A stretch of DNA of 64,000 nucleotides, from NCBI GenBank assembly GCA_045114775.1, contig JBGULC010000022.1:9313-73312 (forward strand), written 5' to 3'. The position numbers and the translations under genes were made by a program. The stretch's first letter is position 1. Every line of letters begins with the position of its first letter. The DNA comes from Christensenellales bacterium. Its GTDB lineage: Bacteria; Bacillota; Clostridia; Christensenellales; CAG-138. Of the stretch, positions 1 to 9,409 are shown piece after piece. Below the pieces are notes generated by a model. The model saw only the letters and a program-made list of their open reading frames with translations. It was not told where the DNA came from and did not search any database.

Positions 1-1042
1 GCGCGGCAATCTCGTGACACAGCGGCACGCCGAGTCCGCTCCGGATACTCGGATTCTTCGCGTGCGCGGGATCGTTGATATATTTGAGCTGTTCCTCGGA
101 CATGCCGCTGCCCTCGTCGACGATCTCGATGACCCCCGGCGTCGCTTTCATCAGCACCGGGTCGCCCGGCTCGGACGCCTTGACGGCGTTGCCGATCAGG
201 TTTCCAAGAAGGCTCAGCAGCAGCGCGCGGTCGGCGGTAAGCGAATCCCACGCGATCTCGGTCTGAAGCGTCGGATAGGTCTTGATAAGATGTGCGGCCA
301 GCTCGGCAAGCTTTACGCGCTCCGGCCGGAACACGTTTTTGCGCGTGTCGGCCAGGGTCAGCAGTTTTTTCGAAATCTCGCCCAGCCGCTCGCTCTCGGT
401 CACGATGTACTGCGCCGCCTGATGCTGCTGCTCCGGCGTGAGCTTTGCGCGCTCCAGAAGCTCGCCGTAGCCGCGGATAACGGTGAGCGGCGTCCGAAGC
501 TCGTGCGCCAGCCGCTCGACCGGGCGGTTGACGCGCTCCAGGATAAGATACAGCGCGATCGCGAACCCACCGGACAGCGCGGCACAGATCAGCACCGAGC
601 CGATCGCCTCCCGTCTCAAGCGCCGCACGGCGCTTGTCGCGTCGATGCTGTATCGCAGAAATACATCGTCCGAAAGCATATCCGAAACGACGACCGCGGT
701 CCCGCCGTTTTTTCGGACCCAGCGGATCCTTCCCGGCTCGCTATCCGGCGGCGTCGGTTCGGACGAGACCCATATCTCGTCCCCGCGTCCGATCACGAAC
801 GACGCGCCGCCGCTGTCGTAGCGCGCAAAGCCCTTTGCGTAGATCGCGCGATCGCCCGGCGGCGTGGAGGCAAACAGCCCGTCCGCCGCGTGCGCCAGCG
901 CCTTCTCTTCGCTGAGCGCGCGCGCCTCGACCGCGGCGATCTCGGCGCGGACGTTTGCGAACAGCAAAAAGAACGTGCTGCCATACAGCACGATCGCTGC
1001 CAGCAGTACGGTCAGAAGATAGCTTTTCTGTCGGAGCTTCAC
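1..1042 (-). CDS. Sensor histidine kinase (C-terminus cut by window edge)
   Basis: Not in the ORF track because it runs off the edge. GTG start at 1042 overlaps the regulator stop as GTGA. My minus-strand translation gives an N-terminal TM segment (SYLLTVLLAAIVLYGSTFFLLF), H-box AHELRTPLT, N-box LLGNLIGNAVKA and the start of the HATPase region (IVDEGSGMSEEQL). Confidence 0.85.
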   Translation of the reverse strand, partial: MKLRQKSYLLTVLLAAIVLYGSTFFLLFANVRAEIAAVEARALSEEKALAHAADGLFASTPPGDRAIYAKGFARYDSGGASFVIGRGDEIWVSSEPTPPDSEPGRIRWVRKNGGTAVVVSDMLSDDVFLRYSIDATSAVRRLRREAIGSVLICAALSGGFAIALYLILERVNRPVERLAHELRTPLTVIRGYGELLERAKLTPEQQHQAAQYIVTESERLGEISKKLLTLADTRKNVFRPERVKLAELAAHLIKTYPTLQTEIAWDSLTADRALLLSLLGNLIGNAVKASEPGDPVLMKATPGVIEIVDEGSGMSEEQLKYINDPAHAKNPSIRSGLGVPLCHEIAA

Positions 1043-1692
1043 GGCGTTTCCTCAAACCGGTATCCCAGCCGATAGACGGTCCTGATCCGGTCCTCCAGTC
1101 CAAGCTTCTTACGGATGCGCTGAATGTGCACGTCGACTGTGCGCGATTCGCCCATAAACGAGATATCCCATGCCTCGCGCATCAATCTCTGCCGGGACAT
1201 GGCAATGTTGCGGTTTTTGATCAGCGTTTCCAGAAGCGCAAACTCCTGCATGGCGAGCTCGACCGGCACGCCGCCCTTTGTCACGGTCTTCGCCTCGAAA
1301 TCGACCTCCAGATCGTCGATCCTGTACCGGCTTTCGCTCTTATGCGTGCGTCGAAGCACAGCCTCGACGCGCATCAGAAGCTCCGCCATCTCGAAGGGCT
1401 TCACGATGTAATCGTCGGCGCCGCGTTCAAAGCCCTTGACCTTGTCCGCCGTCTCGCCGAGCGCCGTCACGAAGATCGCCGGAACGTCCGGGATCTTCTC
1501 GTACACGGAAAACCCGTCGGCATCCGGCAGCATGACGTCGATGATGAGCAGGTCCAGAACCTTTTCCTGCGCGCACCGGATCGCTTCCTTTCCGGTAAAC
1601 GCCTGCACCGCCGTGTGCCCCACCATGCTGAGGTTCAGCGCGATGAGATCGTTGATCGCCTTTTCATCCTCCAGAACAAGTATTTTAGCCAT
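1039..1692 (-). CDS. OmpR/PhoB-family response regulator
   Basis: MAKILVLEDE...IIDVMLPDADG receiver domain plus C-terminal winged helix (TVDVHIQRIRKKL...YRLGYRF). ATG at 1692 chosen within ORF 1039..1755. Confidence 0.9.
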   Translation of the reverse strand: MAKILVLEDEKAINDLIALNLSMVGHTAVQAFTGKEAIRCAQEKVLDLLIIDVMLPDADGFSVYEKIPDVPAIFVTALGETADKVKGFERGADDYIVKPFEMAELLMRVEAVLRRTHKSESRYRIDDLEVDFEAKTVTKGGVPVELAMQEFALLETLIKNRNIAMSRQRLMREAWDISFMGESRTVDVHIQRIRKKLGLEDRIRTVYRLGYRFEETP

Positions 1693-1902
1693 AGCTGCCC
1701 CTTTCGTCGGCTGTTTCACAGGACTGCTCCCGTTTTTTTCATTATACCACTGCACTTGTAACGAAGTTGTAAAATCGTGTTGAATATCCGGCGATTAAGC
1801 GAGAATAAGCGTTGCGTACGGCGAATAAAAACACGAAAAATCAGTTTTCATTTCCGGTTTTCTATGCTATACTGAAAAAAGCTCTTTAAGGAGGGGATTC
1901 CT

Positions 1903-3519
1903 TTGCCGAAACGATTGATCCTTTCGTTCCTGATCCTGTGTCTGCTGCTTTCGACGGGCTGTTCGCGCACGGGAACGGAAACCACCGGCGCCGAAAAAAC
2001 CGCGGACGCAGCCGAACGTCCGTCCGCGTCGTCCGTCCCCGCCGCCTCCCGCGCGTCTTCTCCGACTCCGTCCCGAACGCCGGCGCCGACCCCCGTTCCG
2101 ACGCCGGTCACGGTCGCAGGACAAACGGCGGAAAACGGCGTGCTGCAGGCCGTCGTCGAAGCGGAGGACTTTGCTCTGATCGAACAGATCCCCGATCTGA
2201 AAACGCTTGATGTGACGGGAAGCGTCTGCTATGACGCGATCCTTGCCTACCGGGATGCGCATCCCGAAGTCACGGTCCTGTATTCGGTCATGATCGGCGA
2301 CAAGGCGATCGGCTGCGCCGACAGCGCCGCCGAAGTGACGGACGTGTCGGATCCTACGATGTTTTCTTACCTGCCGGCGCTGCACGATCTGACCGTAACG
2401 GAGCCGTTGTCCGCCGCGCAGGCCGCCGCCGTGCGGCTCGCACTTCCCGATGCGGCGCTGACCTTCTCCGTAACGTTTGCGGGATTGACCGTTCCGAGCG
2501 ATGCGACCTTTTTGGATCTTTCCGAAGTCTCCCCGTCCCTTGCGGGCGAGGTTGCGGAGGCACTTGCCGTGCTTTCGGACGTCACCGACGTCACACTAAA
2601 CCGTGCGGACGGTTCCTCCGATTGGACATTGGAGGACGCCGGCGTGCTGCAGGCCGTACGGACCTCTTTGCGTGTCGATCTGAACGTTACCGTGTTCAAT
2701 CGGCATTTCTCTCTGACCGACGACGTCATCAATTTCAACAGTATCGGAATGACGCCGGAACGAAAGGAAACGCTGCTCTCGCTGCTGCCTTATCTGCGCA
2801 GCGCGGGACGGCTGGATATGGAGTACTGCGGACTGCCGGACGAGGAGATGGCTGCGCTTCGTGCACAGTACCCCTCCCCGAAAATCGTCTGGCGCGTGAA
2901 GGTCGGCGCGTATTCCTGCCGCACCGATGCACAGATGATCCGTTTCTCCATGTTCTACAAGCTTCCGATGCTGACCGATTACGATACGAAGAGCTTGGTC
3001 TACTGCAACGAAGTCCGGTATCTTGACCTCGGTCACAATCAGATCCGGGACACGTATTTCGTCAGCAGTATGCCGGAGCTTGAGGTCTGCATCATCGCCG
3101 TCCGGCAGCCGACCTACATTTCCGCCTTTGCGAACTGCCCGCATCTCGAATACCTCGAACTGTTCAACGGCAGCATTGACGACATTTCGGCGCTTGCAAA
3201 CTGCAAAGAGCTGCGCCATCTCAATATCTGCATGAACAAGATCACGGATATTACGCCGCTTTACGGGCTGACGAAGCTGGAACGCCTGTGGATCTCCAGA
3301 AATCCGATCCCCGAGGAACAGCTTGCGCGATTCCGGGAACTGGTCCCGAACTGCATCGTCAACACGACCGTCGAAAACCCGACGGACGGCGGCTGGCGCA
3401 AAGATTCGAAGCGTCCGAGCGGCTACGCGGAACGATATGAACGGCTGCGCAAGCAGTTTATGTACGGGCAAAACGACGTCATTACCACCTCATATCTGCC
3501 CGATTGCGATCAACCGTAA
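1903..3519 (+). CDS. Lipoprotein with C-terminal leucine-rich repeats
   Basis: TTG start after AAGGAGG. Signal peptide with lipobox LLLSTGC. P/S/T-rich linker. C-terminal LRR-like units (LDLGHNQIRD, LEYLELFNGSIDDISAL, LRHLNICMNKITDITPL, LERLWISRNPI). Confidence 0.75.
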   Translation: MPKRLILSFLILCLLLSTGCSRTGTETTGAEKTADAAERPSASSVPAASRASSPTPSRTPAPTPVPTPVTVAGQTAENGVLQAVVEAEDFALIEQIPDLKTLDVTGSVCYDAILAYRDAHPEVTVLYSVMIGDKAIGCADSAAEVTDVSDPTMFSYLPALHDLTVTEPLSAAQAAAVRLALPDAALTFSVTFAGLTVPSDATFLDLSEVSPSLAGEVAEALAVLSDVTDVTLNRADGSSDWTLEDAGVLQAVRTSLRVDLNVTVFNRHFSLTDDVINFNSIGMTPERKETLLSLLPYLRSAGRLDMEYCGLPDEEMAALRAQYPSPKIVWRVKVGAYSCRTDAQMIRFSMFYKLPMLTDYDTKSLVYCNEVRYLDLGHNQIRDTYFVSSMPELEVCIIAVRQPTYISAFANCPHLEYLELFNGSIDDISALANCKELRHLNICMNKITDITPLYGLTKLERLWISRNPIPEEQLARFRELVPNCIVNTTVENPTDGGWRKDSKRPSGYAERYERLRKQFMYGQNDVITTSYLPDCDQP

Positions 3520-3610
3520 GCAGAGCACAAAGGAGGCTGATCCGTCTTTGAACAGCCTTCCGACACATTCCCGCACCGTTCCGTTTGTGCGCCATAGACG
3601 AATAGCAAAA

Positions 3611-3646
3611 GGGTGTTAAGAAACGATCCTTCCTAACACCCTTTTT
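3611..3646. terminator. Bidirectional intrinsic terminator between convergent genes
   Basis: GGGTGTTA ... TAACACCC stem followed by TTTTT on the plus strand. An A-run upstream gives a U-tract for the minus-strand proS transcript. Confidence 0.6.
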
Positions 3647-3666
3647 GTATTATTGTTTTATTCGGT

Positions 3667-5406
3667 TCAGATGCGTTCCGGCACCTTGGCGTTGACCGCG
3701 GCGATCAGCTCCTTGACCTTGGCTTCGACGGTCGCCGCCGCGTCTTCGATCGCGATATCCTCGCGGAAGGACTTATCCCGCGCGGCAAGCTCGAACGCAT
3801 TGCGCGAGAGCGTTTTCGGCGAGATGACCACGCGCACCGGCGCGCCCAAAAGGTCCGCGTCGGAGAACATGACGCCCGCGGAGACGGGACGGTCGTCGTA
3901 CAGCACTTCGACGCCCGCGTCTTCAAGCTCTTTGCAGAGCTTGTCCGCCGCGTTCTTCACGTCCGCATTGTCAATGCGCAGCGCGCAGATCTCGACCTGC
4001 CACGGCGCGATCGTGATCGGCCAGATGGGACCGTAATCGTCGTGATGCGCTTCGCACACGGACGCGATGAGCCGGCCGACGCCGATGCCGTAGCAGCCCA
4101 TGATCGGGTTCTTGCGCTCGCCGTTTTCCGCGTCGTAGGTCATGCCCATCGCTTCGGTGTAGCGCTTGCCGAGCTGGAAGATGTTGCCGACCTCGATGCC
4201 GCGGGAAATCTTTAAGCTGTGCTTACCGCAGTTCGGGCAGATCCCGCCCTCGACCGCCTTGCAAAGGTCAAGGTATTCGGTCGTTTCGGGCAGATCGCGC
4301 GCAGGTGTGAAGCCGGTGTAGTGATACTCAGGCTTGTTCGCGCCGCAAACGAGATTCGTCGCGCCGAACAGCGTACGGTCGATCAGCACAGTCGCGCTCG
4401 TCTTGAGGTTGACCGGTCCGATGTTGCCCGCCGCGAGGTTCGCGTTCTCGACGTCGACCGCCGGATGGATCTCGGCCTTCAGATAATTCGTCAGCTTGGT
4501 CTCGTTGACCTCGCGGTCGCCGCGCACGAAGATCAGCACGTAGGAATCGTCCGCATTGCGCTGATAGACGACCGCCTTGCAGGACTTGTCGTCCGGCATG
4601 TGCAGAAGCTCACCGACCTCCGCGATCGTCTTGGCGTCGCCTGTGTACACCTCGGTGAGCGGTTCGAGCGTTTCGTCCGTCTTGTTTTCGGTGATCGCGT
4701 CGCAAGCCTCCATGTTCGCGCGGAAGCCGCACTCGGGGCAAATCACGATGGAATCCTCGCCGATGTCGCAGAGCAGCATGAACTCGTGGCTGACCTTGCC
4801 GCCCATCATGCCGGAATCCGACTTGACGGCGAGCACCTCGGGCACGCCCGCGCGGGCGTAGATGCGCTCATACGCGCGGTATGCGCGATCGTAGTACGCC
4901 TCGAGGTCCTCCTGCGTGGTGTGGAACGAATATGCGTCCTTCATCGTGAACTCGCGCACGCGGATCAACCCGCCTCTTGCGCGCGGCTCGTCGCGGAACT
5001 TTGTCTGGATCTGATAGATCATGAACGGGTATTTCTGATACGTGCCCGCCACGTTCATCGCCATCTGCACCGCCGCTTCCTCGTGCGTCATGCCGAGGAC
5101 CATGTCGGCGCCGCCGCGATCCTTGAACCTTAAAAGCTCCTTTCCGATGGAATCGAATCTGCCCGAGCTCTGCCAGAGCGTCGCGGGCATGACGACCGGG
5201 AACAGGACCTCCTGCCCGTCGATCGCATCCATCTCTTCACGCAGGATCTGTTCGATCTTGTTCTGGATGCGCTTTGCCGGCATGAACAGCGAGTAGATGC
5301 CGTTGCCGACCTGCTTCATATAGCCGCCGCGCGTCATGAGATTCTGGCTCTCGATGTCGAATGCGCGCTCCTTGAACCGTTCGCCCAAAATGTTCTTTAC
5401 CTTCAT
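3667..5406 (-). CDS. proS: Proline--tRNA ligase
   Basis: Bacterial-type ProRS signature stretches (RGGYMKQVGNGIYSLFMPAKR, FRDEPRARGGLIRVREFTMKDAYSF, insertion/editing domain, C-terminal anticodon-binding domain). ATG at 5406 is preceded by GGAGGA. Confidence 0.9.
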   Translation of the reverse strand: MKVKNILGERFKERAFDIESQNLMTRGGYMKQVGNGIYSLFMPAKRIQNKIEQILREEMDAIDGQEVLFPVVMPATLWQSSGRFDSIGKELLRFKDRGGADMVLGMTHEEAAVQMAMNVAGTYQKYPFMIYQIQTKFRDEPRARGGLIRVREFTMKDAYSFHTTQEDLEAYYDRAYRAYERIYARAGVPEVLAVKSDSGMMGGKVSHEFMLLCDIGEDSIVICPECGFRANMEACDAITENKTDETLEPLTEVYTGDAKTIAEVGELLHMPDDKSCKAVVYQRNADDSYVLIFVRGDREVNETKLTNYLKAEIHPAVDVENANLAAGNIGPVNLKTSATVLIDRTLFGATNLVCGANKPEYHYTGFTPARDLPETTEYLDLCKAVEGGICPNCGKHSLKISRGIEVGNIFQLGKRYTEAMGMTYDAENGERKNPIMGCYGIGVGRLIASVCEAHHDDYGPIWPITIAPWQVEICALRIDNADVKNAADKLCKELEDAGVEVLYDDRPVSAGVMFSDADLLGAPVRVVISPKTLSRNAFELAARDKSFREDIAIEDAAATVEAKVKELIAAVNAKVPERI

Positions 5407-5618
5407 GTTATCCTCCATAATTCCGTTGAAAAACCGCGTTTCCCAATGGGTTTGTTTTCGCTAATGTCCGGATTGCTCCTTATAGGTTCGCAATCATTGC
5501 AGATAATCCGTCAGACGCAGCGACATGCGCGGTGCGTCTGACTCCTTTCAGTCCGCGCCGCCCGGTGCATCAACGATGCATAGGCGCGGGCTGCAATCCC
5601 CGTCTGAAAACACCGTTT

Positions 5619-6332
5619 TCAAACGGACTCTTCGTACATCCAGTAGATCGCGCCGTCGGAAACGACCATGCCGAGGCTTTCCTGCAGCTTTCTCGACGCG
5701 TTGTTATCGGTGTAGATCTGCCCGTACGGGACCCAACCGCGGGAGATCGCCAGATTGTGCAGCGCGATCTCCAGTGCCGAACCGATGCCGAGTCTTCTGA
5801 ACTTCGGCAGCACCTCCAGCATACCGCCGCTTCCGTCGCCGTGGAAACCGATGAAGCCCGCAAGCTCGCCGTCGCGGTAGGCCGCGAGCACGTCGCCGCT
5901 TTTCACGCGATCCTCGTAGCGCTTCGGATCGCCGTCGGGATCGTAGACCGACAGCAGAAACGGCACCTGCTCCATGGGAAACGGCTTGATCTCGCAGACG
6001 TCCGGCACCGGGATCGGCTCCTTTTTCGGATAATACGCCTGCCAGCACGCCGACGCGTGGTTGATGTTCGGATACTTTTGAAACACCGCATCGCGCGAGG
6101 GCTCGTTGTGCGCCACGAACAGGCGGATGTTTTCCGGTACCGTTTCAAGTGCCTTCAGCCCCGCCTCGACCGTGTCGGACACGAGCAGGCAGAAGCGGTC
6201 CATCTTGGTCAGAAGCACCGCGTCGGGTTCGGCGTACAGGATCTTTGCGCTTTTGCGCCGGATCGCCTCGATCATATCGATGCGCAGCGTTTTGTCCCGT
6301 TCGAGATAGGCAAGAATCTCCGCTTCGTTCAC
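5619..6332 (-). CDS. GNAT-family N-acetyltransferase
   Basis: C-terminal acetyl-CoA fold motif (LEVLPKFRRLGIGSALEIALHNLA). GTG start at 6332 overlaps the upstream stop as GTGA. The longer track ORF would overlap the upstream gene by 70 nt. Confidence 0.7.
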   Translation of the reverse strand: MNEAEILAYLERDKTLRIDMIEAIRRKSAKILYAEPDAVLLTKMDRFCLLVSDTVEAGLKALETVPENIRLFVAHNEPSRDAVFQKYPNINHASACWQAYYPKKEPIPVPDVCEIKPFPMEQVPFLLSVYDPDGDPKRYEDRVKSGDVLAAYRDGELAGFIGFHGDGSGGMLEVLPKFRRLGIGSALEIALHNLAISRGWVPYGQIYTDNNASRKLQESLGMVVSDGAIYWMYEESV

Positions 6333-7252
6333 GGCGTTACCCCCTTCACGTCCTTCGAAAAATGCTGATAGTCCGGTTCGTTGAAATCGCCGCCCCACTT
6401 CCAGCCGTGCTTTTTGAACAGCTTGTAGCAGAGGTCGTTTTTCGTGATCATGCCGGGCCGCAGGTTCGTGCGATCGAGATACGGCTCGCTCTCCTTCGGC
6501 GAGAAGCTCCCGTCCGGCTTCACGTACGGATTCTCGACCGGATTGATGTCGATCGCCGTGCCGTAGCTGTGCCGCGAGAAATACTTCTTGCCGGTGACCC
6601 TGCGGCAGCAGTACGCCGAGGTGTTGTCCGCCGACATCGAAAGCCCGTCGGTGAACGGCTGTCCGAAATCGTCGACGAGCCGCACCGAGCGCAGCGAATA
6701 CTTCGCGTCGTACAGCGCCTCGAAGATCTCCATGATATCCTTGACGACCGCTTTATGCACCAGGATCTCGCCTTCGTGCTCGATCCCGTCAAAATCCACG
6801 TACAATACGTGCACGTAGCGCAGATCCTTCATCTTCACCGGTGCGTCCTTCGGATCCTCCGGGAAGCTCATGCCGGTGACGTACTTCACCAGCGCTTCGG
6901 TCGGCGCGCAGTACCAGAAGCCCGCGTTCGTCTTCGACGTCGTGATCTTCTCCCCGCGGTACGGGTTGGGGGTCGGCGTCGGCTCCGGCGTGGGCGTGGG
7001 TGTCGGCGTCGGTTCCGGGGTCGGGGTCGGCGCAGGCGTCGGCTCCGGCGTCGGCACGAACACAGGCAGCGGGGCGGGCGTCGCCGTCTCGCCGAGCCGG
7101 ACCTCCTCGACCTCGACCGGCGTCTCCGTGATCACGGGCGTTTCGATCGCCGTCGGCGGTGCGGTTGGCTCCGTGCCGGAAGCTTCCGTATTCGGTTTTG
7201 CCGCGCACGCGAGCGCAAGCATGGCGCAAAGCAGCGGGAAAAGGCGTTTCAT
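6329..7252 (-). CDS. Peptidase M15 (VanY / D-Ala-D-Ala carboxypeptidase-like) lipoprotein
   Basis: Signal peptide with lipobox (LALACAA). PT/PE-rich linker encoded by a GC-rich tandem repeat at about 6966-7055. Zn-binding motifs SRHSYGTAIDIN and WKWGGDF..DYQHF. Confidence 0.85.
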   Translation of the reverse strand: MKRLFPLLCAMLALACAAKPNTEASGTEPTAPPTAIETPVITETPVEVEEVRLGETATPAPLPVFVPTPEPTPAPTPTPEPTPTPTPTPEPTPTPNPYRGEKITTSKTNAGFWYCAPTEALVKYVTGMSFPEDPKDAPVKMKDLRYVHVLYVDFDGIEHEGEILVHKAVVKDIMEIFEALYDAKYSLRSVRLVDDFGQPFTDGLSMSADNTSAYCCRRVTGKKYFSRHSYGTAIDINPVENPYVKPDGSFSPKESEPYLDRTNLRPGMITKNDLCYKLFKKHGWKWGGDFNEPDYQHFSKDVKGVTP

Positions 7253-7300
7253 AAATGTCAGTATACCGCAGTTTTCCCTGCTTGTACAGAGCTTTTTTCA

Positions 7301-7332
7301 TATAAAAACAGCCGCGCTGTCCGCACGGCTGT
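7301..7332 (-). terminator. Intrinsic terminator of the ABC importer operon
   Basis: Minus strand: ACAGCCG-loop-CGGCTGT followed by TTTTTAT, 16 nt after the permease stop. Confidence 0.6.
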
Positions 7333-7347
7333 CTTTCGGAACGTTTG

Positions 7348-8304
7348 TCAGTTCAATTCGAGCTTTTTGAGCTGCTGTTTGGCAAGGCGCTCGCGCTTGC
7401 GCTGTCCGCTGACGACGACGTAGACCATCATGATGATCGTGATGACGTACGGAATCGCCGAAGTCAGATCGGCGTTGACAAGGTTGTAGCTCTGCAGAAC
7501 AAGACCGATCGCGTCAAAGAAGCCGAACATCAGCGCCGCAAGGTATACCTTCGGCGGATGCGCCGCACCGAAGATGACGCAGGCGAACGCGATATAGCCG
7601 CGGGAATCGCTCATGCCTTCGGTGAACGTGCCGTTCAGCTTGCCAAGCGACAGGGACGCGCCGGCAAGTCCGCAGAACACGCCGCACAGGATCGACGCAA
7701 TCCACTTCATCCGCTCGGGGCTCTTGCCTGCGGTGCGCAGCGTATCGGGCGATTCGCCGGAAGCGCGGATCCAGAAGCCCACGGGCGTGCGGTACACGAA
7801 CAGCCACATCAGAATGACAAGCAGCCATGTGAGATACACGAACAGATTGTGTCCGCTGACCGCGTTTCCGAGGAACGGAACTTCCTTGATCAGCGGGATG
7901 TTGATGTTCTGCAGATAAGCCGCGCCGCGGATACCGTCGGAACCGAACAGCGAGCGGGAAAGATACGCCGTGATGCCCATCGCAAAGGTATTCAGCGCGC
8001 AGCCGATGATGAACTCATCGCTGCGGAGCTTGACCGTAAACAGTGCAAAGAACAATCCGACCAGCACGCCGAACAGCATGGCGGCAAGAATACCGAGCGC
8101 CGCGCTGGCGAGGTAAAAACTCACGGCAGCGGACACAAATGCGCCCATCAGGATCATGCCGTCCATGCCGATGTTCATGATGCCCGCATGTTCGGTCATG
8201 AGCCCGCCCAAAGCGGCGAGCGCGACCGGCGTCGCCGCGCCGAGCATCTGATTGAGAACGCTCGAACCGGCTCTGAAAAAGTCCGTCCAGGTAAACTCAT
8301 TCAT
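7348..8304 (-). CDS. ABC transporter permease (BMP / simple-sugar-nucleoside family, second permease)
   Basis: Multi-TM protein typical of the second permease of BMP-type importers. ATG at 8304 after GGAGG, 8-nt overlap with the upstream permease. Confidence 0.8.
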   Translation of the reverse strand: MNEFTWTDFFRAGSSVLNQMLGAATPVALAALGGLMTEHAGIMNIGMDGMILMGAFVSAAVSFYLASAALGILAAMLFGVLVGLFFALFTVKLRSDEFIIGCALNTFAMGITAYLSRSLFGSDGIRGAAYLQNINIPLIKEVPFLGNAVSGHNLFVYLTWLLVILMWLFVYRTPVGFWIRASGESPDTLRTAGKSPERMKWIASILCGVFCGLAGASLSLGKLNGTFTEGMSDSRGYIAFACVIFGAAHPPKVYLAALMFGFFDAIGLVLQSYNLVNADLTSAIPYVITIIMMVYVVVSGQRKRERLAKQQLKKLELN

Positions 8305-9409
8305 GCGCAGCGCCTCCTTCCCTGCGAAGCTGTACATCCCGCTCGGCAGCGCGTCTCTCCCTTGCCTTGGCGATCGCGGCGCGAACGCCTCTCTGCGCCG
8401 CCATGCAGAAGATGACCGTCGTCTGTATGATCCAGTAGATCTGGATCGGAACGCCGACGCTCTGCATTTCCATCGCGCCGATCTTCAGGACCGCGAAGAT
8501 CAGGGAAATAAGGATCGTCGGGATCGGCTGATACTGTGCGATCATCGCGACCATCAGGCCCTCGAAATAATACTCGTTGGATACGTCCGTCGTGATGAAT
8601 TTATAATTCGGTGCAATGCCGTAGACGCGGAACATGCCGACGAGACCGCACATCATGCCGGAAACGACCATCGCGAGGATCACGATGCGGTCCGCCTTGA
8701 TTCCGGCAAACCGCGCAAACCGCGGGTTGTCCCCGACCAAGCGCATTTCATAGCCCTTGGTGGTCTTCTGCAGCACGTACCATACGAGGAACGTCAGGAT
8801 TACGGAAGCGAAGATCGCCGTCGAAAGGTTTGAGTTGTTGAGCAGCGGCGTAAAACCGTACCGTTCGGAAACGATGATCCCCTCGGCATTGGAGGAATTC
8901 TTCCACGGTCCCTTGGCGAAGTACCCGCAGAGAAAGACCGCGACCGAGTTCAGCATGATCGTGGTGATGACCTCGTTGACCTTGAGCTTGACCTTCAGAA
9001 TTCCCGGGATAAACGCGTAAAGCCCGCCGACCGCAACAGCGCCGAGCACGGCGCACGGGATCGTAAGCCACGGCGTCACGCCGTCCATCCATACGCCGAT
9101 CTGCGCGGCGAACAGACCGCCCAGAAGGAGCTGTCCCTCGCCGCCGACGTTGAAGATACCGGCACGGCTGCCGATGTCGCAGGCAAGGCCGCACAGGCAC
9201 AGCACCATAGCGTATTCGAGCGTGTTGCCGATGTGCCGCCAGTTTGAGAACGCGCCTTCAACCAGCGCGCCGTATGCCTGAAGCGGATTACGTCCGGTGA
9301 CGGCGATGATGCCCGCGCCGAGCAGCAGCGCGACGCTGAGACTGATCAGAAGCGCCAGAAGATAGCCGAGATCCACCTTGCGCCGGATCCATGCAAGCGC
9401 GTTCTTCAT
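8297..9409 (-). CDS. ABC transporter permease (BMP family, first permease)
   Basis: Polytopic membrane protein. ATG at 9409 (MKNALAWIRR) after GGAGG, ATGA overlap with the ATPase stop. Confidence 0.8.
   Translation of the reverse strand: MKNALAWIRRKVDLGYLLALLISLSVALLLGAGIIAVTGRNPLQAYGALVEGAFSNWRHIGNTLEYAMVLCLCGLACDIGSRAGIFNVGGEGQLLLGGLFAAQIGVWMDGVTPWLTIPCAVLGAVAVGGLYAFIPGILKVKLKVNEVITTIMLNSVAVFLCGYFAKGPWKNSSNAEGIIVSERYGFTPLLNNSNLSTAIFASVILTFLVWYVLQKTTKGYEMRLVGDNPRFARFAGIKADRIVILAMVVSGMMCGLVGMFRVYGIAPNYKFITTDVSNEYYFEGLMVAMIAQYQPIPTILISLIFAVLKIGAMEMQSVGVPIQIYWIIQTTVIFCMAAQRGVRAAIAKARERRAAERDVQLRREGGAAHE

Noticed and set aside
14-1075. 353-aa plus-strand ORF (largest ORF at the left edge)
   Set aside because: Arg/Ala/Leu-rich with no SD. 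The opposite strand translates into a histidine kinase with clear H-box and N-box, so this is a GC-driven antisense ORF.
4219-5133. 304-aa plus-strand ORF
   Set aside because: Antisense to proS. Composition typical of a reverse-frame artefact.
5419-5618. Possible T-box leader upstream of proS
   Set aside because: The 200-nt interval has several hairpins, including a 10-bp GTCAGACGCA/TGCGTCTGAC stem. I could not find the conserved T-box sequence (AGGGUGGNACCGCG), a specifier-loop context or a terminator/antiterminator pair. Part of the interval is the GNAT gene terminator. Left uncalled; cmscan with RF00230 would settle it.
6149-7423. 424-aa plus-strand ORF
   Set aside because: Antisense to the GNAT and M15 peptidase genes. 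Arg-rich with no SD.
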